Source: a virus
Length of the DNA stretch: 64,000 bases
Direction: 5' to 3' (one strand)
Virus record (IMG/VR): IMGVR_UViG_3300020472_000012
Location: 32,001-96,000 of that record
Position 1 is the stretch's first letter, and every line of letters begins with the position of its first letter. Shown here piece after piece: positions 20,356-29,866 of this stretch. Under the pieces are notes generated by a model. It saw only the letters and a program-made list of their open reading frames with translations, did no database searches and was not told the origin of the DNA. A program made the translations under genes and the position numbers.

Positions 20356-20385
20356 TTGACACATGGGTGCATAATTTTGTATAAT
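20356..20385 (+). promoter_or_regulatory. Sigma70-type promoter, GGGT-spacer class, leaderless
   Basis: TTGACA-catgggtgcataattttg-TATAAT; ATG 6 nt downstream. Confidence 0.85.
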
Positions 20386-20391
20386 AGCAGT

Positions 20392-22746
20392 ATGGAAATG
20401 GGAAATTTTACAAGACATCAAAAAGACTCTTTGGCAAGATTACTTGCTACTGAGGATTTAGTTATAGAACATAGGAAAACACCTACTGCATATTTTGACC
20501 TTAAAGCAAGGAAATTAGTATGCCCAATTCTTAAAGATGATATGTCTGCAAATCTTTATGACCTCTTTATGGGTCATGAAGTATCACATGCATTACATAC
20601 TCCAGAAGAAGGATGGCACGATGCAATATTTGATAATGGTACATACAAAGGTGCAAAATTTAAAGGTTATCTTAATGTCCTAGAAGATGTTAGGATTGAA
20701 AAAGCAATCAAAGAAAAATATGCTGGATTAAGAAGAGCATTCTTTGATGCATATAAAGAATTACACAATGACCTTGATTTCTTTGGGGTCTCAAAAAAGG
20801 ATGTAAATAAACTTGCATTCATCGATAGAATCAATCTTTACTTTAAAGTAGGTCATACTTTAATGATTGATTTCTCAGATAAAGAATTAAAAATCATCAC
20901 TGCAATTAATACCAAGATGGATACTTGGGATAAAGTTGTTAAGATGGCAGAATACCTATTTGAACTTTCTAAGGATGAAGTGGTAGAACCACAAGAAGAC
21001 CCTAGTCAACAATTGGTTCCACAATTTAAAGATGAAGATGGTCTAGAAGATATTGGTGATGAAGATAGTTCATCTTCAATGGATATGGAAAGTGATGAAG
21101 AAGCAGAAGAAGAAATGGATTCTTTTGGTTCACCAGTTTCCGATGATATTTTCAATGAAGAAGAAAAAGAAACTAAAGAAGAAAATGAAACTGATGGTTC
21201 TAGTGATGAAGGTGAAAAAGAAGAATCAGAAAAAGAAAAAGAAATAAAAACAGAACAAGATTTAGGTGGAAGTGGTGCTGGTGAATACAGTGAATCAATG
21301 ACTGATAAAGTTTCAAGACAAAATGAAGAACACTTCCTTCATGATGATAATGAAGAAAAAGAATGGCACAATAAAGACAATTCTTATGTTTCATTACAAA
21401 CTAAAGATATTAAATTTGATGATTATAGAATCACTTACAAAAAAGTTCTTGAGGAATTAAAAGAAGGTCAAGAGAAAAATTTTGGTAAAGAAACTTGGGA
21501 TAATGCCAAAGATGAATATGTTACATGTGACAACTACGATGATGTTTGGAGATATGTCAATGAGTTTTTAGACCATAACAAAAACATCGTCAACTACATG
21601 GCAAAAGAATTTGATATGAGAAAGGCTGCATCAAACTACAAAAAAGCAATGACTGCTAAAAGTGGTGAGATTGATATGCAGAAAATCCAAAACTACCTAA
21701 TCAAAGATGATATCTTTAAAAAGGTTACAGTTGTGCCAGATGGTAAAAATCATGGTCTACTTATGTTAGTAGACTGGAGTGGTTCAATGGCTGATTGTAT
21801 TGCAGAGACTTTAGAACAATGTATAGTTCTTACAATGTTTGCCAGAAGAGTTGGTATCCCTCATAGAGTATATGCATTCTCTGATGGTTACAGAGCAGAT
21901 GATGAATCAAACTACGAAGAAGAAAGAGAAAAAACTCAAGGAGCCATTGATAGGAAAGAAGTTTACATTGGTAAAATTAAATTATTTGAGTTCTTCTCAG
22001 ATAAAATGAATCAAAGAGATTTCAAAGAAATGGTAATGAGACTTATGATTCAAGTTGATTCAATGTTTTACTGGAGAGCAAGTTCTGATAAATTTAATAA
22101 TCCTTGTTATGGTGCTCAGAACTATAACTTAAGTGGTACACCACTTGATGAGTCTTTAGTAATCATGAGAGACTACATTATAGATTTCAAAAATAACTAC
22201 AACATTGATAAACTACAATTTGTTACTTTAACAGATGGTGAAAGTTTCCAGTGTAATGGTCTTAGACAAGGTTATGCTAGAAAACAATTTTTCCACGATA
22301 GAAAAACTTTAGGTACTTTCGAGTATGCTGGAAGAAATTATGAACAAAGTGGAACTGATACTCTATTAAAGTGGTTGGAAAAAACTACTGGAGTTGATAC
22401 TGTTGGGTTCTTCCTATGCAAACAAGGTCATAGAGCTTTTGATAATGCAGTAAGTCAGTTTGGAAAATCTGAACTTGGTTACTACGACCAAAGTGTAAAG
22501 AACAAAGAAGATTATAAAGTATTCAGAAAAGATGGTGGATTCAAAGTTCCTTGCTCAGACAAGTCTGGCTACAAAGAATTCTACCTTCTAAACATCAAAA
22601 AGATGCAGATTGTATCAGAAGATGATACTTTAGATGTAGATGCTGGTGCAAGTAAACAAGCATTGAAGGGTGCAATGAAGAGAATGGGAAATAACAAACT
22701 ATCTCAGAGAAAAATCCTTCAACATTTCATCAAAAAGGTTGCATAA
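20392..22746 (+). CDS. CobT-like protein: HExxH domain + acidic linker + VWA domain
   Basis: GHEVSH, NVLEDVRIE, MIDAS DWSGS...GTP...LTDGE; partner of downstream AAA ATPase. Confidence 0.88.
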   Translation: MEMGNFTRHQKDSLARLLATEDLVIEHRKTPTAYFDLKARKLVCPILKDDMSANLYDLFMGHEVSHALHTPEEGWHDAIFDNGTYKGAKFKGYLNVLEDVRIEKAIKEKYAGLRRAFFDAYKELHNDLDFFGVSKKDVNKLAFIDRINLYFKVGHTLMIDFSDKELKIITAINTKMDTWDKVVKMAEYLFELSKDEVVEPQEDPSQQLVPQFKDEDGLEDIGDEDSSSSMDMESDEEAEEEMDSFGSPVSDDIFNEEEKETKEENETDGSSDEGEKEESEKEKEIKTEQDLGGSGAGEYSESMTDKVSRQNEEHFLHDDNEEKEWHNKDNSYVSLQTKDIKFDDYRITYKKVLEELKEGQEKNFGKETWDNAKDEYVTCDNYDDVWRYVNEFLDHNKNIVNYMAKEFDMRKAASNYKKAMTAKSGEIDMQKIQNYLIKDDIFKKVTVVPDGKNHGLLMLVDWSGSMADCIAETLEQCIVLTMFARRVGIPHRVYAFSDGYRADDESNYEEEREKTQGAIDRKEVYIGKIKLFEFFSDKMNQRDFKEMVMRLMIQVDSMFYWRASSDKFNNPCYGAQNYNLSGTPLDESLVIMRDYIIDFKNNYNIDKLQFVTLTDGESFQCNGLRQGYARKQFFHDRKTLGTFEYAGRNYEQSGTDTLLKWLEKTTGVDTVGFFLCKQGHRAFDNAVSQFGKSELGYYDQSVKNKEDYKVFRKDGGFKVPCSDKSGYKEFYLLNIKKMQIVSEDDTLDVDAGASKQALKGAMKRMGNNKLSQRKILQHFIKKVA

Positions 22747-22748
22747 AG

Positions 22749-22778
22749 TTGACACATGGGTACACTTTTTAGTATAAT
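22749..22778 (+). promoter_or_regulatory. Sigma70-type promoter, GGGT-spacer class, leaderless
   Basis: TTGACA-catgggtacactttttag-TATAAT; ATG 6 nt downstream. Confidence 0.85.
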
Positions 22779-22784
22779 AGCTAC

Positions 22785-22898
22785 ATGATAAAGAGATTAA
22801 ACATAACACCACTGATAGAGATTCCGATAGGTTTCAGAATTTATCAATCTTTGGTTTTGGGATTAATAACAATCCCAGTAATATTTGGAATTTTATAG
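22785..22898 (+). CDS. Small hydrophobic protein, 37 aa (not in ORF track)
   Basis: MIKRLNITPLIEIPIGFRIYQSLVLGLITIPVIFGIL at leaderless position. Confidence 0.55.
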   Translation: MIKRLNITPLIEIPIGFRIYQSLVLGLITIPVIFGIL

Positions 22899-22908
22899 GA
22901 GAGAAAAT

Positions 22909-24075
22909 ATGAATTTGAATGCAAATCATTATAGGTTTTTGGATGCTTGCTCAGAGCAGTTTCCAGGCCAAGTCGAGTTTTCAAAATCGACAGTAAGGAA
23001 AGTTTGTGATACAGCAAATATTCCTTTCCCATCGTGGTTAATTAGAAAACCACAATTTAAAGCTGGATATGGAACTTATTCAATTGAGTCCATAGTGCCA
23101 GAGAATTATGGTGCAGTTGCTGAAGTAGCAAATACACCATCTGTTGAAGTAGTTAACATTCCTTCAACTGGAGTTGGTATGAATGTACTGGACGATAATG
23201 TTTCAGTGATTCCTTCTCAGATTGAGAACTATGTTCCTTTTGGTCACTTTACTGACCTTAAGAAAATTCTTCAATCTGGCATTTTCTTTCCAGTGTTCAT
23301 AACTGGATTGAGTGGTAATGGTAAAACCTTAATGGTGGAACAGATTTGTGCCAAACTTAAAAAAGAATTATTTAGAGTTAACATCACAATTGAAACTGAT
23401 GAAGATGATTTAATTGGTTCCAACACTTTAGTGAATGGAAACATCATGTTCAGAGAAGGCCCTGTCCTTAAAGCAATGAGGAAAGGTGCTGTTCTTTTGA
23501 TTGATGAAGTTGACCTTGCATCAAACAAGATTATGTGTCTACAATCCATCTTGGAAGGTAAAGGATACTTAATCAAGAAAACTGGTGAGTATGTAGAACC
23601 AGCAGATGGTTTCACAATTTGTGCCACTGCAAATACAAAAGGTAAAGGTTCTGAGGATGGAAGGTTCATAGGAACTAACATCTTGAATGAAGCATTCCTT
23701 GAAAGGTTTGCAATTACTTTGGAACAAAGTTATCCACCAGTGAGAACTGAACAAAAAATCATCAAGAAAGATTTTGAACTTCTTGGAGTCAGTGATGATG
23801 AGTTTGCAGAGAAACTAGTTGACTGGGCTGATGTTATCAGAAAGTCCTTCTACGAAGGTGCAGTTGATGAAGTGATTTCAACTAGAAGGTTGGTTCACAT
23901 TGCAAAAGCATTCTCAATGTTCACTGATAAGTTGAAGTCTATCGAGGTTTGTCTTGCAAGGTTCGATGATGATACAAAAGCAGCCTTCCTTGACCTCTAC
24001 ACTAAAGTTGATGAAGGTGTGTTAGGTCAAGAAGAAGAGATTGAGGAATCAGAGGAAAATGACATCCCAATATAA
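22909..24075 (+). CDS. CobS/MoxR-like AAA+ ATPase
   Basis: GLSGNGKT, LLIDEVD, ATANTKGKG, NEAFLERF; AGGAG RBS before ATG 22909. Confidence 0.93.
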   Translation: MNLNANHYRFLDACSEQFPGQVEFSKSTVRKVCDTANIPFPSWLIRKPQFKAGYGTYSIESIVPENYGAVAEVANTPSVEVVNIPSTGVGMNVLDDNVSVIPSQIENYVPFGHFTDLKKILQSGIFFPVFITGLSGNGKTLMVEQICAKLKKELFRVNITIETDEDDLIGSNTLVNGNIMFREGPVLKAMRKGAVLLIDEVDLASNKIMCLQSILEGKGYLIKKTGEYVEPADGFTICATANTKGKGSEDGRFIGTNILNEAFLERFAITLEQSYPPVRTEQKIIKKDFELLGVSDDEFAEKLVDWADVIRKSFYEGAVDEVISTRRLVHIAKAFSMFTDKLKSIEVCLARFDDDTKAAFLDLYTKVDEGVLGQEEEIEESEENDIPI

Positions 24076-24286
24076 AAAGAACTCTCCTAAAGGAAAGGGG
24101 CAAGGGTTAAACCTTGCCCTAATTTCCGAAATGAACATAAAACAATTGATTGTATATGTTTATGGTGAAGATAAAGGATGGAAGATTACATCGAATGGTG
24201 CAACTTCCCATTATGGAGTTGAAGTATCTAAGGATAGATTACTCAACATGGCAGTAACAAAACTTAACAATCCTTACGCAGAATGA
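24059..24286 (+). CDS. Hypothetical protein
   Basis: ORF with GAGG RBS; contains GGGCAAGG/CCTTGCCC hairpin. Confidence 0.5.
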   Translation: MTSQYKKNSPKGKGQGLNLALISEMNIKQLIVYVYGEDKGWKITSNGATSHYGVEVSKDRLLNMAVTKLNNPYAE

Positions 24287-24378
24287 AATGGATAACAAAA
24301 TTGTTTTTAGACCCAGTGTGGTTATATGTATTTTTCCTTGCAACAGTTTTAGTAAAGGATATAAGGAATAACTTTTGA
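24283..24378 (+). CDS. Small membrane protein, 31 aa (not in ORF track)
   Basis: MKWITKLFLDPVWLYVFFLATVLVKDIRNNF; ATGA-coupled. Confidence 0.5.
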   Translation: MKWITKLFLDPVWLYVFFLATVLVKDIRNNF

Positions 24379-24383
24379 ATACA

Positions 24384-24626
24384 ATGACAGAATTTTCAGA
24401 TGTGGTACAAAACCAAATAGAACTCTTAAAAGCAGAAGAGTGGGGCAAACAAGTTAAAATGATTATTGGTGAAGGTGGATATGTAGTCTACCATTTCAAT
24501 AATGGAGATAAACAGATTATAGAATCCAAGACAGGTAAATCCACTTGGGAATATGCTAGTGAAGAGAAAAAACTAAGCATGTTGGAAAGGTTTCAGCGTT
24601 GGAGAGCAGACAACAATGATTCCTAG
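24384..24626 (+). CDS. Hypothetical protein
   Basis: ORF track; ATG at 24384. Confidence 0.65.
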   Translation: MTEFSDVVQNQIELLKAEEWGKQVKMIIGEGGYVVYHFNNGDKQIIESKTGKSTWEYASEEKKLSMLERFQRWRADNNDS

Positions 24627-24654
24627 TTATTTAATAATAGGGGCGTTAAGCTCG

Positions 24655-24737
24655 GGCAGGGACAGGGAACTGACCATATACAAAGAGGACACTTATAATA
24701 CTAGCTCTTGTAGTATTGACGAGTTCCCATCCCGCCA
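24655..24737 (+). ncRNA. Candidate structured RNA
   Basis: GGC-GGGA-GGGAACT pairs with AGTTCCC-TCCC-GCC; internal AATACTA/TAGTATT hairpin. Confidence 0.4.
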
Positions 24738-24758
24738 GATTTTATTTATGAATATACC

Positions 24759-26009
24759 ATGTCTATAGAAGCAAAATTATATAAGATAACAATTGATAAA
24801 CCAGAGCCACCTTTCTATTATGTAGGATGGACAGCACAAGTTGGTAAAGGTGATAGTTATCTACACTCATCGTTGAATAAACAACTTAAAGAAGATATGA
24901 GTAGGTATCCATATGACCATGAAGAAATGGAAGTTGGAACTAAAGAAGACATGGCAACACAAGAATATAGAATACTACATTCAGTAGATGCAATTAATAA
25001 TGACGATTGGTACAACAATAATAATGGTGGTGGAAAGTATGTAAGGAAACATGGTAACTTAGATGCAATGGATTCCTTCACTGAGAAACTAAGGAATAAA
25101 GAATTCCTACTTGGAGATAGTATCTTGCTTGCAGATGTTGAGAAGATGAGAAGATTCCAAGTTAGACATAAAGTTATAAACAGGAAACACAAATTAAAAC
25201 TTCAAGATAATATCAATACCAATAAAGGTGATATGAGAAATTGGGAACCAATTATCGTTCTTGAAGATTTCGATGGTGAAGGTGAACATCTTCTTTTTCA
25301 AGGTAATCACACAACCCAAGCTTCAATAGACTCTGGAAAAGTTCATGAACTTCCACACCAGTTAGTTCCTAAAGAAGAGTGGAGTAAACTTACTGATGAT
25401 GAATTAGAGACAGTTTGTAGAAGATTAAACCCACAACACGAGAAACCAAGTTTACCAACAGATGATGATGAAGCAATTGCATGGATTGTTGATAAACATT
25501 TTGAGAAAAATATCTCACCTAGTTCAGATATTATCTACGAAGAAATGGAAAAATGGGGATATCAGAAATCCTATGTTCAGAGAAGTCTTGTCTATCATGC
25601 AGAGAAAAAGATTAAGTCACAAAAAGGTATTCCATCTGGGCATATAATAATAGATTATACTCAAGGTTCAGATAAAAATAGATTAGAGAAAAAACTAAGA
25701 AAAGCAAGAACCGATAATTCTGATGCATATTCTATCAGTAGTGGTTATTTTAAGTTAGATAACTTTCTTGACGATTTCTTAGATAATGCAGACCAAAAGA
25801 AAAAAGATAGATTAGAATTGATTAAGATTTTTGTATATCATGTAGATTATGCAAAGAAAGAAGAGTGGGATAATAAGTATTATCCAATTGTGAAAACTTG
25901 GATTGATGGACTAAATAAAATCAGTCAAGAAGAATATCGAGTTCAAGTAGAATTTGAGGTTCTACCTTTTACTCGACCAAACCCAATAAAACAGACTAAG
26001 GAGTCTTAA
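24759..26009 (+). CDS. GIY-YIG-like N-terminal domain fused to ParB/Srx-like domain
   Basis: LYKIT...YYVG...YLHSS...E...WYN..GG; then QVR...PIIVL...LFQGNHT. Confidence 0.55.
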   Translation: MSIEAKLYKITIDKPEPPFYYVGWTAQVGKGDSYLHSSLNKQLKEDMSRYPYDHEEMEVGTKEDMATQEYRILHSVDAINNDDWYNNNNGGGKYVRKHGNLDAMDSFTEKLRNKEFLLGDSILLADVEKMRRFQVRHKVINRKHKLKLQDNINTNKGDMRNWEPIIVLEDFDGEGEHLLFQGNHTTQASIDSGKVHELPHQLVPKEEWSKLTDDELETVCRRLNPQHEKPSLPTDDDEAIAWIVDKHFEKNISPSSDIIYEEMEKWGYQKSYVQRSLVYHAEKKIKSQKGIPSGHIIIDYTQGSDKNRLEKKLRKARTDNSDAYSISSGYFKLDNFLDDFLDNADQKKKDRLELIKIFVYHVDYAKKEEWDNKYYPIVKTWIDGLNKISQEEYRVQVEFEVLPFTRPNPIKQTKES

Positions 26010-26011
26010 AC

Positions 26012-26155
26012 ATGGCACAACCACAATCTCAACAAGACCTATTGAAGTTTCAAGGTAAGAGAATTAAAGACCAATCAGAATCAATTGCAGAACAAAGCAA
26101 GAAGATTGCTGAATGGATTACACAACAACAAGACCCAAGACATAACCAAGAGTGA
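26012..26155 (+). CDS. Small Gln-rich protein, 47 aa (not in ORF track)
   Basis: AGGAG RBS; MAQPQSQQDLLK... Confidence 0.65.
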   Translation: MAQPQSQQDLLKFQGKRIKDQSESIAEQSKKIAEWITQQQDPRHNQE

Positions 26156-26368
26156 ATGAATAGAAAACAACACAAAGCACTTAAAGAAACATTCGTTACA
26201 GTCTTTACTGGATTGGTCATTAATTGGCCAATCAGTTTAGGATTGTTATACTTATGTTGGGATGTAATTGGACTTAACACTCTTGAGACTTCTATCGTTA
26301 TGACATTAGGTATGACTTTAGTTGCTCTCTTGAGGGTCTTTACTATTAGGATGTATTACGAAGAATGA
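26156..26368 (+). CDS. Small two-TM membrane protein
   Basis: Two hydrophobic helices. Confidence 0.75.
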   Translation: MNRKQHKALKETFVTVFTGLVINWPISLGLLYLCWDVIGLNTLETSIVMTLGMTLVALLRVFTIRMYYEE

Positions 26369-26691
26369 ATAAACAATTAGAATTAGACTTCCAGTTAAGT
26401 AAACCTATTCCTAGAGGTCAAATAGACCAACAGGAATATGCAAGGGTATTGAATTCTGTAGGAGTCTTTGTGGACTATGTTCATGGGACTTATGAAGAAG
26501 TAGAAAATTACTGTGACATCAACAATTATTGGGTAGATAGGTATCTAGACCATGTTGACCCTATGACAGTACAAAGACATTTTAAATATATTGGTTCTGG
26601 GCAGAATCCATGTTCAGTTGCTAGACCAATTTACCAGTACGATAAGGATGGTAAGTTTATTGGTTACACTGAATTTAAAGAGAAATGGTAA
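26365..26691 (+). CDS. Hypothetical protein
   Basis: ORF with ATGA-type coupling. Confidence 0.7.
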   Translation: MNKQLELDFQLSKPIPRGQIDQQEYARVLNSVGVFVDYVHGTYEEVENYCDINNYWVDRYLDHVDPMTVQRHFKYIGSGQNPCSVARPIYQYDKDGKFIGYTEFKEKW

Positions 26692-26692
26692 C

Positions 26693-26720
26693 TTGACAAA
26701 TCCAGAATCTATGAGATAAT
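26693..26720 (+). promoter_or_regulatory. Sigma70-type promoter (16-bp spacer, extended -10), leaderless
   Basis: TTGACA-N16-GATAAT with TGn; ATG 6 nt downstream. Confidence 0.75.
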
Positions 26721-26726
26721 AATTAT

Positions 26727-27023
26727 ATGAGTGATATAAAGTATAAATTTAACGAACCCAAACTATTGAAAGAAATAGCAGATTATGTAACTACTACCTA
26801 TGAACAACATTATGGTGGTGGTAAATATCAGGCAACTGATATGATAATTGACTCTGGACATGGTGAGGGTTTTTCAGTAGGTAATATTATGAAGTATGCA
26901 ATGAGATATGGTAAGAAAGGTGGTAAGAATCGTCAAGACTTGCTTAAGATTGTACATTATTCTCTTATTGCTTTATATAATCATGATGAAACATCAAGTA
27001 GTGAGGTAAAAAATGAATCTTAG
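26727..27023 (+). CDS. DUF3310-like protein
   Basis: QHY, GFSVGNIMKYAMRYGKK, DLLK. Confidence 0.8.
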   Translation: MSDIKYKFNEPKLLKEIADYVTTTYEQHYGGGKYQATDMIIDSGHGEGFSVGNIMKYAMRYGKKGGKNRQDLLKIVHYSLIALYNHDETSSSEVKNES

Positions 27024-27681
27024 TGATGATACTCTTGAAGTCCTAGACAATTTTTCAGATATTAACTCTGGAATTACTGTTAGGGTGGGGCAAGAGTTAA
27101 AAACAATTTCCCCAATGAAAAACATTTTTGGTACAGCCAAAATATCTGAGAACTTTGATAAAGAGTTTTCGATATATGACTTATCAGAATTTCTTGCAAC
27201 TTTATCGTTGTTCGATGCACCAACTTATGAGTTTGGTGAGAAAGAAGTTGTAGTTAGTGAAGGTGGTAATAAAGCAAGGTATGTGTATGCAGACCCTTCA
27301 ATGATTATTACTCCAGAGAAAGATATAACAATGCCTAATCCAGAGATTGTATTTGAATTAGATAGTAATACTCTAAGTAAAGTACAAAAGGCTGCAAATG
27401 TTCTATCGTTGCCAGACTTAGTTTTGGAATCAGATGGTACAATTGTTCTTCTTGCAGTAAGAGATAGGAAACTAACTGACTCAAGTAATGAGTTTGGTGA
27501 GAAGATTGCAGATGGTGATGGTAGTGTCTATTCAATGAACTTCAAGATAGAGAACTTGAAAGTATTGGATGATGATTATACAGTGTATGTATCATCAAAA
27601 GGTATTTCACACTTTGTTTCAAAGAATAAAGGTGTAGAATATTTCATTGCATTAGAACCAGATTCAAAATATGGGGCATAA
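27013..27681 (+). CDS. gp45: Sliding clamp
   Basis: LDNFSDINSG, IYDLSEFL, YFIALE. Confidence 0.95.
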   Translation: MNLSDDTLEVLDNFSDINSGITVRVGQELKTISPMKNIFGTAKISENFDKEFSIYDLSEFLATLSLFDAPTYEFGEKEVVVSEGGNKARYVYADPSMIITPEKDITMPNPEIVFELDSNTLSKVQKAANVLSLPDLVLESDGTIVLLAVRDRKLTDSSNEFGEKIADGDGSVYSMNFKIENLKVLDDDYTVYVSSKGISHFVSKNKGVEYFIALEPDSKYGA

Positions 27682-27693
27682 CTCATATAAATA

Positions 27694-27813
27694 ATGAATG
27701 TAGATACTAAGACATTGGTATTAAGGGCTGCAAGACCAACTCTCTCATCTAGGGGTTTTGTTCAGTTTGATAAGGTGGGTTATCAGACTTCTTTAATTCG
27801 AGATATATTATGA
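27694..27813 (+). CDS. Possible 39-aa uORF coupled to gp44 (region also forms a hairpin)
   Basis: MNVDTKTLVLRAARP...; ATGA overlap with gp44; TATAAATA at 27686. Confidence 0.35.
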   Translation: MNVDTKTLVLRAARPTLSSRGFVQFDKVGYQTSLIRDIL

Positions 27814-28742
27814 CAGAAGAATTTTTATGGGTAGAGAAGTATCGTCCAAAAACTATTGAGGATTGTGTACTTCCATCACAAATCAAACAAACCTTTTTTG
27901 ACTTAAAAGGTGAAATTCCAAATATGATTCTTAGTGGTTCTGCTGGAACTGGTAAGACTACTGTTGCACGAGCATTGTGTGAACAAGTTGGTGCAGATTG
28001 GATTATCATTAATGGTTCAGAAGAGAGTGGTATTGATGTTCTTAGAACAAAGATTAAAAACTTTGCTTCTACTGTGTCGTTGGGTGGTGGAAACAAAGTT
28101 GTTATTCTCGATGAAGCAGATTATCTAAATCCACAATCAACCCAACCAGCATTGAGAGGATTCATCGAAGAGTTCCATAAGAACTGTAGATTTATCCTAA
28201 CATGCAACTTCAAGAACAGAATAATACAACCTTTGCATTCAAGATGCACTGTAATAGACTTTAGAATACCAGCTAATGAAAGACCAAGACTCGCATCTGT
28301 ATTCATGGCAAGATTAATGACAATCTTAACTGAGGAAGGTGTGAAGTGGAATACAGAAGTATTACAAGAACTGGTAATGAAATACTTTCCAGACTTTAGA
28401 AGAACTATAAATGAACTACAGAGATATGGAACTAGTGGTGAGATTGATGTAGGTATCTTAACTAATGTCCAAGAAGAAAGTTTAAAAGAACTAATGTCTC
28501 ATCTTAAAACCAAAAGGTTTACTGATATGAGACGATGGGTTGCAATGAATGTTGATAACGACCCAGTAATGCTATATAGAAAGTTGTATGATAGTTTATA
28601 TGAAACTGTCGATAAATCAACAATCCCACAAGCAGTTTTAATTATTGCAGATTATAGTTATAAGTCTGCATTTGTAGCCGACCAAGAAATTAACTTGGTT
28701 GCATGTTTAACCGAACTAATGATGGAGTGTAAATTTTCATGA
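27810..28742 (+). CDS. gp44: Clamp loader large subunit
   Basis: LWVEKYRP, GSAGTGKT, DEAD, SRC. Confidence 0.97.
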   Translation: MTEEFLWVEKYRPKTIEDCVLPSQIKQTFFDLKGEIPNMILSGSAGTGKTTVARALCEQVGADWIIINGSEESGIDVLRTKIKNFASTVSLGGGNKVVILDEADYLNPQSTQPALRGFIEEFHKNCRFILTCNFKNRIIQPLHSRCTVIDFRIPANERPRLASVFMARLMTILTEEGVKWNTEVLQELVMKYFPDFRRTINELQRYGTSGEIDVGILTNVQEESLKELMSHLKTKRFTDMRRWVAMNVDNDPVMLYRKLYDSLYETVDKSTIPQAVLIIADYSYKSAFVADQEINLVACLTELMMECKFS

Positions 28743-28906
28743 AACAATTTAAAGAATGGATAAACAGGGACAACAACAAATTTACTTTTGTTGGTGCCTT
28801 CTGTCTATTGGGTATGACAGTTACATGGGGTGATGGTATGGCTGAGTTTGCAACATTTTCAGCAATATTTGTTTTTTGTGTAATTAGAAAAGTGCTAAAT
28901 ATATAA
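28739..28906 (+). CDS. Small two-TM protein, 55 aa (not in ORF track)
   Basis: MKQFKEWINR...FTFVGAFCLLG...; ATGA overlap with gp44. Confidence 0.6.
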   Translation: MKQFKEWINRDNNKFTFVGAFCLLGMTVTWGDGMAEFATFSAIFVFCVIRKVLNI

Positions 28907-28907
28907 T

Positions 28908-29102
28908 ATGGAATACGAACTAGTACATTATATACTTTTAGGTCTCCTTGTTGGACTCGCATATTGGCATGGTCATAAGACTGGAGTCAATGCTGGTGCA
29001 GAAGGAATGTATGAACATTTATATAATAGTGGGACAAGAAAAGAAGATAAGGTTATTGTTGCATTAGAATATGAAGATAGACATTATAAAAAGGATTTTT
29101 AA
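28908..29102 (+). CDS. Small membrane-anchored protein
   Basis: N-terminal TM helix. Confidence 0.7.
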   Translation: MEYELVHYILLGLLVGLAYWHGHKTGVNAGAEGMYEHLYNSGTRKEDKVIVALEYEDRHYKKDF

Positions 29103-29866
29103 TGGAACAACCAACACTATCAAAAGATTTATTTAGAATCAAACTCAATGTTGGGTTAGACTATAGATTTATTGCTGATTGGTGTATAGAACATGAACAT
29201 CATCCATACTTCTCACATGATGAAGATGGGGTTGCAACACCAAATCAATTTAGTGATAATCTAAGGTCATATGTTAGAGGTTCCAAAGAAGGTATAGATT
29301 TTGGTGAAGATGGTGTAGCAGATTTAGAAGAGAAGACTAAAGACATAGAATATTATCATACCTATAATCCATTTTCATTTGGATTAAGACCATTTGCAGA
29401 TTTATACTGGAAGTTAAATGAGTTCTTCTATTCAGACCCACAAGTTAACGAGGCTGGTGAACCATATTACATTCATGGATGGTTTAATGTATATACAAAG
29501 AAAGATGAAGACAATAAAGGGTATGACCACATCCCTTGGCACAAACATATGGAAGTTTATCATCCACATATCTATCATGGATTTTATTGTGCAAATGTAC
29601 AACCTTCTCAAACTTGGTACAGAGAGGGCCCAGAATCTACAGAGGAATCGTGGTTAAAACATACAGACTATGATGATATGATAATATATTCACCATCATC
29701 ATTTGAACATGCATCAACGCCATGGCTTGAAGACAAACCTAGAGTGACGATTGCATTTGACATTATTCCAGAGAGTGTTTATCTCTCAGAACATAATATT
29801 GGTAACTATCAATGGGGATTAGAACCAAGACAATATCAATCAATACCATTTCCTAAATGCATATGA
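29102..29866 (+). CDS. Putative 2OG-Fe(II) oxygenase (HxH type)
   Basis: WHKH, HGFYC, FEHAS, RVTIAFDI. Confidence 0.75.
   Translation: MEQPTLSKDLFRIKLNVGLDYRFIADWCIEHEHHPYFSHDEDGVATPNQFSDNLRSYVRGSKEGIDFGEDGVADLEEKTKDIEYYHTYNPFSFGLRPFADLYWKLNEFFYSDPQVNEAGEPYYIHGWFNVYTKKDEDNKGYDHIPWHKHMEVYHPHIYHGFYCANVQPSQTWYREGPESTEESWLKHTDYDDMIIYSPSSFEHASTPWLEDKPRVTIAFDIIPESVYLSEHNIGNYQWGLEPRQYQSIPFPKCI

Noticed and set aside
20356-20391. TTG start of the 796-aa ORF
   Set aside because: TTG is the -35 box of the promoter; ATG 20392 fits better
20392-24075. Cobalamin biosynthesis from cobS/cobT labels
   Set aside because: MoxR AAA plus VWA pairs are common in T4-like phages as chaperone modules; no other cob genes are present
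24640-24737. Third tRNA (ends in GCCA)
   Set aside because: No T-loop or cloverleaf; kept only as candidate ncRNA
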